Shown here in pieces: positions 13,655-25,432 of a stretch of 64,000 nt of DNA. This DNA is from Euglena gracilis (Eukaryota). The stretch's first letter is position 1. Every line of letters begins with the position of its first letter. The DNA lies in contig CP154954.1 of assembly GCA_039621445.1 (NCBI GenBank), positions 3,105,715-3,169,714 of the forward strand, given 5' to 3'. The notes beneath the pieces are model-generated. The model did no database searches and was not told the origin of the DNA. It saw only the letters and a program-made list of their open reading frames with translations. The translations under genes and the position numbers were made by a program.

Positions 13655-16600
13655 TCCGCACTTTGCCCTTGTGAGGCCATGCCTTGCTCGTCGGCAGTTT
13701 GTTGTTTGATTGTTGACGCGTTGGATTAGGAGTCGCCAATTAGTTCCTCTTTTCGCTGGAGTGACTGATTCTTAATTTGTCCTTCGACACCCCAGAAGAA
13801 AGGAACTTCAATTCAAGAACCTTGACAGTTGAATTTGAAAGAGTTTAGTTAATTGAATTATCCGGAACGTGACGCTCGTGGAGAATATCAAATGATAATT
13901 TGTTGACATATTCAGGACTTGAATGAAAAAGCAATTGCCAACACGAATAACGGCATCAATGAACAACAAGAATTTCCTTCCTGGAAGTTTAGTTCCAAAC
14001 CAAGGTGGGTTACCACTTGGGTGGGCTGGAGAGTGGGATGTTTCATTATAATTTTGAACCCAGAATCCAGCAAATCTTTGACAACTGTGTTCAGGTGATT
14101 TCGTAAAGTGTTTTGGGTGGAGGTCCACCAGCAAAATGTCGTCCGGGTAAAAAACAACAACCTGGATGCCCATTTTTTGTCCACAGCTTTTCATAGTTTT
14201 CATTGCTGACATGAAAGTTTGGGTGATTACATTTAGCCCAAAAGCAGCCTGTTTAAAATTACCTGACGGCTTAAAAAGGCCTGGACATAATGGTATATGA
14301 AAATAGGCATCTTTAGGTCGATTTTCGCTGTCCAGTGGCCTTTTTAAACAGCTGGAAAAATGTTCTGTATGTGATACAGCCTGAAAGTTTTACTGGAAAC
14401 TGCTGATTTGAAACGCCGATCATTCTCCATTTGGTTGTTATTCCTTCTGGTTTTCAGTGTTCAGAATAAAGAAAACATGGGATCGGATGTTGTATATCTG
14501 AATACCAAACTCGTTTCACTGACCGGTTTTTTCGTAATCCAGCAGATTTTTTTCTGCCTGGTTCAGGTCAAGGTTCAGGTCTGGGTTTTGTGTGGCTGCA
14601 ATATTAAATTTGGCATGGCCAAAAAAGAGATTCCTAACAGTGAACTTCTACTTTGTATTTTTTTCACAGTGGTATGACAAACATGATCTGGCAAGTTCTT
14701 GTATTGCTGTGTTTGGAAGTCTGGAAGAGATTTGAAAAAGTTCAAGTTAAATGTTCAAGTTTGACAGATTGCAATGGAAGTTTGGTCAAAAATGCATTCC
14801 CAGGTTGCTTGCCCTGTAAGGCTGGCCCAGGTGGTGCGGAAAGCTGAGGTTGGTTTTCAGACAAATACCCCCAACTGTAGCCTTCAGTGTGTGGACAATT
14901 TTGGTGGGATTTACCCAGGGGGGTTGAATCATTTTTTTTATCAATTGGCATGCTGCTGGGGTGGACATTTTTTGTCCACCGTTTTAGAATTTTCTGAATT
15001 TTCCGCTACAGGGGGGGTATCTCCCCATTTTGCCTCCATGGAGTGTATTTTCCCAACTACATGATTTCCTCGGGGCTGGGTGGCGGGTTTTGGACATTGC
15101 ACCCCTGCTGCCCCTGGGGATTGAACATTCTGTAAGGGATTCTGGGGGGGTGTACATGCTCTGCTTGCAGGCTCTCTGATCCTCCACTTTGTTGTTGGTT
15201 TTGTTAAATGACATACCATAGGGGCAACTTTTTGGGTCTCCCCCTTGTTTTAACTAGTGTCTTCAGTTCCCCTGCCACGGGCACTGAATAATAAATTTGA
15301 GGGGGGTTGCCTCCTTGTCCTCCACGGCCCCTTCTGCGACATCCTCTTGGGCCTGCCACTGGTGTTGCATATTAAAATGCCCTGTTGTGGGACGTCCTTC
15401 TTGCTTCTGGTGTTTCCATCCTTCTGATATTTGATGGACCCAGTGACCTTGATAATAAATGTGTCCTACTTGCCCTCTTGATGGGCTCCACTGGTGTTCT
15501 TGAAACTTTTACAGCACCCATTGACTGCTCTTTGATCTGGGACGCCATGCCCATTTAAAATCTTGCGGGGCCTCTGGAGGCCAATCCTTTACACCTAATA
15601 CGGTTTGTGACGAAGAAATGGTTGGGCGGGGGGGTGTTGTGTACCTTTCCTGCCACTGCCACTGGGCATCTGTTTGGGGAATCGGCCTCCCTGGCCTTGG
15701 TATTGTTGGCAACCCTGGCCTTTGTTCAATCGGCCTCCATAGAGTTTGCTGTTGTGGCCTCCATGGCCCAGCTTGAAGGTATTGGTGTTCCTGGGATATG
15801 AGGCGTTCATGGCTCTTGCCGTAGAGGCAAGACAGCTGCCTTGGTACTTTTGTCCTTCGGATTTTTCTGACCACTGTCTGCCAAAGTTTGTGGCTGTCAC
15901 TTTGTAGGTTTTTCAGAAGCTTTTTCTGGAGGGGATGGGAAAGCCACGGATCGCCACGGCTGCACCGCGCCGTCAATTCGTCCAACTGTATCGGCAGCTA
16001 ATTAATTAATAAAAGCTACAGGTCCCCCCCAGAAAGTCAAAACCATAAAAAAGGAGCTTTAAATTTTTTTATAAAATATTACATGTCAAAGAGTCAGTTG
16101 GCTTCGATTTTGGGCCAAATAAAATGCAACCTAATGGCCCTTCCCTTTTTAAGGGCTTTTACGGACGCCCTGGCAAAATTTCTGGTGGCAAAGTCCACAG
16201 CAACCTGGGACTCAAACCACCGTATTTCCCCGGAAATAATTGCCCAATTGAGGGAAATAAAAATTTACTGGACAACTGGGTGGGCAGACCTTTTGCCCAA
16301 AATGCAACCAGGGAGTTCCACTCAGACAGCAGCACCCATGCCTGGGGGGGGAGGGGACTAGACATCAACACAGGAGAAATTGTGCAGGAACTTTGGAGAA
16401 CACACTCAATTTTACACATCAATGTAAAGGATCTCAGTGCAGCAATCGGGGACTGTGAAAAGTTTGAGCAAACCTGGGGAACAGTTTATTTGTCCGTAGA
16501 CAAACAGGTAATTTACTATTACCTGACAGAAGGGTGGTGGGGCAAAAATGACCCCTTCAACAAAATGCTGAGACCATTTTTCAAATGGTGCATGGAACAC

Positions 16601-18361
16601 CAAGTAAACCTCCAAGTCAGCTTGGTGCCTTCAAAATAATGCCTAGCAGACCCGGGAAATGGACAGGGGGGATTACTCTTTAGACCCACAACTTTTTCAC
16701 TGGCTAATACAGCATTTCCAAAATTTCATACACTTGGAAACATATTTTTTTTTGCCTCCCCAGTCAACAAATCTGCCAAATTTCGTGTCCAGATGGCCCC
16801 ACTTGGAGGCCACGGCATTAAATGCATTACAATGTCCACTGGAAAACATGGGGGATCTTTATGCAACCCCCCCCCCCTGGTCAATAATTCAAAATATATG
16901 CCGAGGTTCAAAATGTTTCCCCAGAACAAAGTTTTAATGGTCACCCCCTACTAGGATTCAACCATCTGATGGCCCCAATCAAAAAAACATTAAAGTTCCA
17001 GGTACCCTGAAAAACACCTCCTACAGGGGTATGTTCACCAATTGCAGGGGGGACTAAATGCCACCCCCCAGATGGCCCTCCTTTGCATTATTTACTCAGG
17101 CAAATATTGGGAAACGAATTCAGCCTAAATCCACTAACGATTTCCTGGGCAGAAAACCCTGTCTAAAACTGTTATCAGAGTGCTTTTGCACTTCTGTGGG
17201 TCATTTTTTAACACATGGGGGTGCCCCCCCCCTGAATCCACCACAGACCAAGTGGTTGATGCTTTAGTACAATTATTGCAATTTTCAAGGCCCAAGGTGC
17301 TGTGCTTTTGATTCCTGGGTTTGGTGGGCTAAGATTCCACACCCTGTTGGCCCCTTACAAGAGGATTTGGAACCAAAATCTGGAGAAGTATGGGGCATTT
17401 TGGGACCCACTCACAATCCTCCTGGGGCTGGCTAAGGCCCCAATGCCCGCTGATATTTGTACACTGCGTACACAGCTTATTTTTTTTGCACACGAATACT
17501 CTGTTTATACAGGTCCTCAGACTTGGCACAAGTCGAAAAAAACACCAGTGTGTTGGGTAGGGCACCCTACATAAAAAATAAGTGTAAAGGTAAAAAAATT
17601 CACAAGTGGGAAGGGGTTGTGTCCATACCCCGGTGTCCACGAATAAGCACATTTCATTTAATGAGGTGTTATGTGGCTGCCACACGTTCGCTCGTCAGAC
17701 CTGGGGGCCCCTTCTTATTTCATTGAAACCCCTCTTCAGCGCAGCGGATACCGTTGCTTCGATCACCAAGGAATTTTTGGCCAAGCAAGGGGTCCCCCCC
17801 CAGGTGTGGGGGCACACTCAACCAGAGGGGAAGGAGCTGGTTTACTCAAAAAAATTGGGCTTTCTGCCCAAGAAGGTTGTGAAATTGGCCAGTGGGGGGT
17901 GGAAGCTCTTACAGCCCATTATCAGCAACTTGGTTCCGGAGGTGCTTTGGAGCATGCCCTGCCCCCCAAAATTTCAGTGCACAATCTGGCCTCACAAGGG
18001 AAAAGTGCGGAGCCCGAGGCAGAACGACAAGGGAGGAAGGCACACCGAGGGCGAAGCGCACAGACCTTGCGAGCCCGACCTCCTCACCCGTAAAAAAAAT
18101 ATGTCCTCAAGAGCCCTCGGTCAGAAAGTGGGGTCCAGGGGGGGCAGAGGGTGGAGGCACCCCCCCTAAGGAGCAAGAAGTCACGCCGCCAAGTCGGAGC
18201 ATCATCGTCAGCCAACTCCGCCGAGGCCTGGGACCTCCTAACCCAGCGTGCGACAAACAATCCGATCAGCACCGCCGGTGAGCAAGGCACGGACTCGCAA
18301 GGTCTTTGTGCTTCGCCCTCCGTGTCCCATCCTCTACTCGGTTTGCATCCAGGGAGTACGA
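13655..18361 (+). mobile_element. DIRS element A (family 2), decayed, with internal gag-RT inversion
   Basis: Left ITR 13655-13770. RT (VFYPDDILL, HLGLELNFQEG) and gag lie on the minus strand at ~13975-16000. RNase H (FHSDSSTHAWGG, HINVKDL), MT remnant (LYATPPPWS) and YR (YRSSDLA, HSTRGEG) lie on plus. ICR ~17988-18075, right ITR/extension 18208-18361. Confidence 0.85.
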
Positions 18362-18699
18362 ATGACCATTCGGGCTCCGCACTGCGAGATGGTGAGGTCC
18401 TGCTTTCCTTGCCGGCTGTTCTGTTCTGGTGTGTTTGTGCGTGCACGGGGGGTGCTTCTTACTTTTTTTGTTGCCGGAGTTGGCTGAATCCTAATTCTGC
18501 CCTTCGAACTTAAGGAGAAAGAAATTTACTTCGACGTGTTCAAGTGAAACTTTTTACGAGGAGTACTACATTCACGAACTACAAACACTTTATCAACTGG
18601 TGGAGCGAACTGTTTTCGGACCTTCAACTTCCTGGAGGAAGAATTCAACTCTCCGAGTTCAACTGGAATTATTTCCAGAAGCATTGCAAATTTTTAAGA

Positions 18700-19292
18700 C
18701 AAGATAAATAACTTGAGTTCCATGAAGAATGAATCTGAAAGAAAATCGGACTGCCAAGGAGAACCTCAAAGAACTTACAAGAAGGAATCTGAAGCTGGGG
18801 AAGGTGGAGACACAGCAGCAGCTGCAGAAGCTAGAGGGGCGGCAGCAACACGTCAGTCCGTGGCCATCGCAACCCCCCCACCCCCAGCCACATCAGATAT
18901 TTCAAAATTCTCCACTAAACATGAGAATGGCCATGGATCATGGACAACTGTGGTCAGGAAGACAAGAAGACAGAAGGGAATTTCCATCACAGGTCCAACA
19001 AACTCCCCCCCTTTTTCTAAGCCCCCCCCCCTTCCAGGGGACAAGGCAAGGGCTACGGCAGCCTTTCAACAAATATCAGAAATACAAGGTATTCAGGTCA
19101 TCATCAAGGCTATGGCAGCCATCATCAAAAAGGACCTGGAGTCCAGAATCAAGGCTATGGGAGCCATCATTCAAGAGGGCAGTGGGCCCAGGGGCAAGGC
19201 TCTGGTGTTGGCTGTTTGGACAGCCACTCTCCGGTCCAGAACAGGCTCCGGAAGTGAAAGTTCGGAAACGGCCGAGTGACGCCCTAAATTGA
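18700..19292 (+). CDS. gag-like N-terminal region of element B
   Basis: Follows the left ITR/UTR. QQQLQKLEGRQQHVSPWPS corresponds to the QLE.LE.R..RG.PWP motif seen in other copies. Confidence 0.55.
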
Positions 19293-19677
19293 ATATCTTT
19301 GGATAGCGATCTGAAAGGCGCATCCAATGACATGGGGGGCTGGCTGTGGAATTACAGTTTTCCAGGTGCACTCCCCCAGTTTTTTACAAATTAAGAGATC
19401 CCAACTGGGTAAGAAAGGAGCCTGTGGACGCGCGGACCAAATCCCCCCAATTGGAAGAGAGTCCTGTACACAAAACATACAGATTTGGACTTAGGGTATA
19501 TGGTTCAGCCATAGACCCTAGTCATGAGGGTTGGGGTTTTGCCCAAAGCAGACTGTGGATGATCAGTGGGTTGGACAGTTTGGCCACAGGGTCTAGAGGT
19601 TTAAGGCCTCTAGACTAGCTAATTCCTCACAAAACACCACCTGAAGGCCTCCAGTGTAGCTGGGAGTCCTGAATGGA

Positions 19678-19840
19678 GGTTTTGAGGGGAGGTTTTGGAC
19701 GTCCACAGGGTTTAGACCTGTGGATTGTTCAGAAACTCACCCCGGAAAGCACAAGGGTGGTTTTGAGGTGAGCTTTTGGACGTCCACAGGGTTTAGACCT
19801 GTGTATTGTTCAGAAACTCGCCCTGAAAAGCAAAAGGGGG
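19678..19840. repeat. Two ~80-bp direct repeats
   Basis: 'ttttggacgtccacagggtttagacctgtg.attgttcagaaactc' occurs twice. Confidence 0.8.
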
Positions 19841-21129
19841 CTAGGCTGCCTCCTCCATGCCCTAAATGTGACCATTTAGCAGAATGGTTGCATGAGATGG
19901 GATGGAAAACGCCTGTTGTTTTTGCAGGTTCAACTTTCAGATGGGGCAAGGCTCTGAATGGAACGATTGGACCTGAAGTCCAGTGGACCGAATTTCAAGA
20001 ATTTGCAAGATTCTTTGGAACCCAAAAGGTGGTGAATCAAACTGAATTTGCAATGCTGCCCTATGCCCGTATCGAAACGTGGACCAAGGAGTTTCAGGAG
20101 CCTGTCAGTCGGATGGCTGGTCCAAAACCTTTTTCTGAGGCGTGGTAATGGCAAAAATCCACTCCCAGATTGGGTTTCAGAATATTTTCATTTCTCCCCT
20201 GGCCCTGTGGTGAGGAGTTCAGCCTCGGGCCGGGGGGGGGCAGCCTTGGGGCATTTCCTCCCCTGGACCCCCATTTCTGGATGTGTTCGGGCCAGAACGG
20301 GTGGGGGGCAGCCCAGGGGTATTTCTTCCCCTGAACCCTCGTTTCTGGATGTGTGCGGGCCAGAACGGGGGGGGGGATCAGATTATTTTTGCGAACCCCA
20401 GTCCCCAACCTGAGCATGATTTAGCAGAACCGTGCTGGGGTGGGGGGGGGGGGCTGATCGAGGGGTATTTTTATTTTCCCTCGACTAAAGTCGGCTGTGC
20501 TTTTATGGAATATTCACAGGGTTCGGAGAATTATTTGCTGTTGTGTGATTTTTATTGAGGCTGTCCAAGGTTCGCATGGTTATTGGACCAGCGACAGCTG
20601 AAAGCAACGGCTGCCAGGGTATGCGGCTGGTCCAGATTTTGCAGCGAGCTCCACAGCTTTCTGCGGCTGTGGACCCAGCCCTGGCTGGGCTGAACCACGA
20701 TCCCAGTGCCAGAAGGAGTGCCCAGTTTTTATGTCGGAGATTTTTGTATTCTTTCCCCATCAGGTCACGGCTGTCAGCCAACACCTGGGGGGGGGTGTAT
20801 AAAACCCTGAATTAAGGCTATTTCGTGCCGAATCCAGGGTGTGACAGACCAGATGTTTTTTCCCAATCCTGAACTTTGGCTGCCTGGCCGAATTCAGGGG
20901 GTGGACAACATCAAATTCCCCCACCACAGATTTACGGCTGTGGACCGATAATCTGGGTTCTTGGGGCAGAAATAATGGTTATTTTTCCCCCTCCTCCTGA
21001 CACCTGGGCTGGTGGTCAGGCCAGGGGGGGGGGAGGAATGTCAATCCCTCCCCAGCAGAAATGCGGCTGGAATAATGCCGAGTTCTGGGCCGGGGGGGCA
21101 TCCGGTCAGAAATTTCTTTTTAAAACTCT

Positions 21130-21405
21130 TTCCTCCTGACCTGGGCTGGCCGAGGCCGAAGGCAGGTCGGGGGGGGTCAGCCTAGGCAGACTTTTAAAAA
21201 CTCTTTTCCCCCTGACCTGGGCTGGGCGATGGCCAAAGGCAGGTCGGGGGGGGGGGGTCTGGCTGGGCAGACTTTTTAATATTTTTTTCTCCTAACCTGG
21301 GCTGGCCGATGGCCGAGCCAAAGGCAGGTCGGGGATCCGGCTGGACAGATTTTCCCCACTGACCTGAGCTGGCCGATGGCAGGTCGGGGGGGGGGTCAGG
21401 CTGAG
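21130..21405. repeat. Tandem array of four ~70-bp units
   Basis: Unit 'cctgacctgggctggccga…ggcaggtcgggg…cagactttt'. Confidence 0.8.
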
Positions 21406-22752
21406 CAGCAGAAAATACAGCTTTTTTTCGACCCAGCCAGTTGAGTTTCCAGATGACTGACCCGGGTCGTCATGGAGCCAATGGCGAATGTCATTTACAG
21501 CCATCTGGCATGTTCAGATGGGCCAGGTGAGGCTGTTTTAATGGATGCTTTTTACGGTTCAACCAACAGTTTTGGAGTCATTTGGGTTGTTTCGTCCATT
21601 CTGTGACCCGGGTTGCTGACCTCCAGGTTCAGGCGTTCAGTAGCACCAGAATAATTTTAAGTGGTTACAGCCTGGGCAGTTTATTATGGACCTCCACCAG
21701 GTTTTTGGTTTTGCAGAACCAAAGGCCCTGGGCTGGGAGGGGGGCAGCATTTTTACCTCTCCCAGCAAAAAATACCCAGAACCACAGATTTGGGCTGTGG
21801 CTGATGCATTTTTACCTCCACCAGGTTTACGGTTGTACCGAACCGAAAACCCTGGGGGGGGGGCAGGAATTTAAACGATCAGGATGGGAACGGCTGTGGC
21901 TGTGGCAGTGACATTTTGTTTTCTCAGTTTCTTTTCCCAGTTTTTTTCAGGCTTTTTTGTGGTTTGTTTGTGCAGAATTTTCAGATTCTTCACATCAAAA
22001 TTTAATTAAATTCAGAGTTTCTCCCCCGGGTTTTTTCTCCTGTTTTCAGACAGGGAACAGAGCCAGAATTTTGGGAAGAAATTTTGAGGATTTTCCACAG
22101 TCGGTTGGCATAAAAAATATACCTCCTCTTGACCGTTTCGGGCTGGGTCAGCCCTCAACGGAGGGGGGGGGGGGCGGGCTGTGCGAAGAAATATTTTCCC
22201 AGAATATTTCAGCCAAAAACATAAACACCCCAGCCAGTTCGGTGACAAGAGCCCAGAACTGGGGGGGGGGGGCATCCCCACACAGAAAACAGAATGGGGT
22301 CCATTCCCCTGCCTGATTTTTGGCTGTTTAGAGCCGAAATCGGGGGGTCATAATGAATTATTTGCCCCCCTGATTTAGGCTCGTTCGGAGCCGAAGTTCA
22401 GGGGGGGGGAGAATTCAGAATTAAAAAGCACATTGTCCCATCTGCAGGGTCTTCCTCTTCCGTATTCTGCCTCTATCATCTGTCTACCATCTCCCATATT
22501 CTCACCAAAACATTACAAACATTCAATTGACACTTTGGATTGTGCAACCATATTGCTTGGAATTTCGCAAATCAAGCAGAACATTTGGTGTGGTTTGAAG
22601 TGCCGACGCACGCACGGATGGCTGACGGCACGGAAATATTGAAAAATCGATCCTACGCCGGGGACCCCGAGGAGGACGGGTTACCGGGACAATGCAGCCA
22701 GTATCCCAGCCTCGAAAGGTCCCATTGGAAGAGGTATGTCAACTTTCCTCCA

Positions 22753-23022
22753 GGGGGGGGGGGTGGGGGGGGGGGGTGGGTGGGGGGGGGGGGGGGGTGG
22801 GGGGGGGAAGGGGGGTGGGGGGGGGTTGGGGGGTGGGGGTGGGGGGGGGTGGGGGGGGGGGGGGGGGGTGGGGGGGTGGGGGGGGGGTTTGGGGGGTGGG
22901 GGGGCCGGGGGGGGGGGTGGTGGGGGGGGGGGGGGGTGGGGGGGGTGGGGGGGGTGGGGGGGGGGGGGGGGTGGGGTGGGGTGGGGGTGGGGGGTGGGGG
23001 GGGGGGTGGGGTGGGTGGGGGG
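22753..23022 (+). repeat. ~270-bp poly-G/GnT low-complexity tract
   Basis: Almost pure G runs interrupted by T. Confidence 0.9.
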
Positions 23023-23479
23023 ATTTCAGACCAGCAAAACCCCCAGGGGCAGCAAGACAATGCCAAAAACAGGCCATGGTGGCCTATATGTGGAATCAAG
23101 AGGGACAGAGAAGAGACAAGACCGGGAGAGAAGGCCAATGGAGGCCAAGCAGGCCTGAGTGCCAATGTCGGCCAAATGACCCTGAAGGCAAATGGTGGAC
23201 AATACAATCACCACATCAGCCCTGGGGGGGAGGCCCAAGATTGGCTCAGAGAGGCCCCCCCAGAAGATAATCAGCCCAGGCACCCCAGCTTTATATGTAC
23301 CTCCCCACTGCAGACACAGACCTTCCCCCATCACTAAGAAACAGGGGGAAAGCCTGTATTTGGGAAGCCCTATGGCAGGGCCATCTGCAGCCTCAGTGAC
23401 AGGGCAGCCAGGGGTAATCCCAGTGATGGGGCAACCAGGGGGAAGGACCACAGTGATGGGGCCTGTGGAATCCCCAGAC

Positions 23480-24930
23480 ACATTACACCCAGGGGTGCCC
23501 CCCTACAAGGCCCTGCAGGCCAGCATTCCCCATTGGGTCAAAGCAGGTGCCAGCAGAGAGGTATTAAACCTGATAAGGGAGGGAGGTATGGCAGATTTTC
23601 CCCTCCCCCCTCAGATGTCCTTAAAAGTTCCCTTCAAAACCCCCCAAGAAATAATGACTGCCCAAAAATTCTGAGAGAATACGAATGTGCAGGGGCAACC
23701 AGGCAAATCCCCCCAGAGGAGGCAAAACATTTTGTCCCTTACTTCATAATTTCCAAAAAAAGAAGGGGAAAAGACCAAGGAAAGACTGATTTCAGATTGT
23801 CGACAGTTAAATCACTATTTCACCCCCCAGAAGTTCAGACTGGAACACATGGGAAACATTTTCCCATACCTAAGAAAAGGATGGTTCTGTGGAAAAATAG
23901 ATCTGAAAGATGCTTATTTTCACCTAAAACTGCACAGCAGCCTGGAAAAACATGTCTGCATGCAAGTGGGGGGGGGGAAACTTGGCAGTTTCAAGCTGCA
24001 TGTTTTGGTATAAGCAGCCTGCCACAAAAATTTATGACTCTCATGAGAGTCTGGGAAAGGAAGTGGAGAAAGGAGGGAAAGGTAGTTTTCATCTACCTAG
24101 ACGACATTTTGCTGTTAGCCCCCAGCAAAAAGACTGCAGCCCAACATTTGGCAGAAATAAAGCAGGCCCTTTTATTGGCAGGTTTCAGATTAAACCTCCC
24201 CAAATCCTGTCTGGAACCCACACAGGAAATAAAACATTTCGGCCAGTGGGTCAATTTGAAAAAGGGCCAGCTGGAAATCCCACAGGAAAAACTAAAATCC
24301 TTAAGAAAGGAGCTGGGAAAAGTGCTCACAGCACAAAAATGAGCTGCAGAAAACTCGGCTCTATTGTGGGGCAGGTCAGAAGCTATTTAGTCTCCACGCC
24401 ATTTCTCAGAATTCTGACAGATCAACTTTGCAAAATGGTGGATTTGCACACAAAGTGGGGTTGGGACCACACCCTAACCATTCCCCAGGGGGTCAAAGAT
24501 CAAATTGTGGAGTTAAAAGCGTTTTTGCAGCCAGGTGTGGGCAGAGCCTTTCAATCCCAGGCCTCTCAGGATCTGTTTTCAGACAGCAGCACCTGGCAGT
24601 GGGGGGGGGCTGGACAAAAACTCAGGCCAAAAAGTGCAGGATTTTTGGAGGGACCTGCACATCCTTCACATCAACCAAAAAGAATTGATGTCAGCAGTGG
24701 AGACAGTAAAAAGTCTGGCAAAACCAAAACAAACCATAATGCTTCATGTGGACAGCCAAGTGGCTGTAAGTTATCTAACAAAATGGGGAGGCAAAAAGCC
24801 CTACCTAAATTCCATTTTAAAACCCCTGCTGTATCATTGCCAAGAAAAGCAAATCAATTTGCAGGTGGTTTGGGTTCCCACAAAAGAGCAATTGGCAGAC
24901 TCCCTGACCAGGGAGCAAAAGGACCCAGGG
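23480..24930 (+). CDS. Reverse transcriptase-RNase H of element B (several homopolymer frameshifts)
   Basis: RLISDCRQLN, KIDLKDAYFH, FGISSLP, VFIYLDDILL. RNase H motifs: FSDSS, HINQKEL, HVDSQ, EQLADSLTR. Confidence 0.92.
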
Positions 24931-25009
24931 GATTATACCCTAAACCTACATATCTTTCACCAAATCCTGAAATTTTTCAGACAGGACATTCAGACAGGAC
25001 AACAGGACC

Positions 25010-25432
25010 CCAGAGGTGGACATGTTTTGCACACCCAGCAACAAAAAATTCCCCAAGTTTGTTTGTCGATACCCCCACCAAGGGGCTTTGCTGGTGGATG
25101 CCTTGAAGGCAGATTTGAGGGGCCTCCCCCCAGTTTATGCAAACCCCCCCTGGAGCATCATTCCCCAATGGGTTCAGAGATTAATGTTAAACCCAGACCT
25201 GACTTGTCTGTTGATCGTACCCCACTGGGCTTCAACATCATGGTGGCGCCAATTAATGGCAATCAGAAAGCCAGGCAGCAAAGTTTTGTTGGTACCCCCC
25301 CAATGGGGTCTATTCACCAACTGCTGGGGGGAGGAGATGCCCCCCCCAAGGTGGAAATTGGCCTGCTTGATTGTGTCAGGCAAATATTACAATCCCAGGA
25401 AGTTTCGATGTCCAGTATCGACACTTACATAA
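25010..25432 (+). CDS. Dam-like DNA N6-adenine methyltransferase domain of element B
   Basis: DMFCT (motif I-like), catalytic VYANPPW, and LIVPHW..SWW, as in the DIRS MT domain. Confidence 0.85.
   Translation, partial: PEVDMFCTPSNKKFPKFVCRYPHQGALLVDALKADLRGLPPVYANPPWSIIPQWVQRLMLNPDLTCLLIVPHWASTSWWRQLMAIRKPGSKVLLVPPQWGLFTNCWGEEMPPPRWKLACLIVSGKYYNPRKFRCPVSTLT

Noticed and set aside
21130-21405. Repeat-spacer-like arrays (also 29100-29560 and 33775-33905) as CRISPR
   Set aside because: The intervening sequences are related or irregular, no cas genes are present, and the context is eukaryotic.
22540-23337. Gly-rich or Pro-rich ORFs (extensin-like)
   Set aside because: They are translations of the poly-G tract.
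25016-25432. NPPW methyltransferase as part of a bacterial restriction-modification or retron-like system
   Set aside because: It is embedded between RNase H and YR within DIRS ITRs, the standard DIRS MT position.
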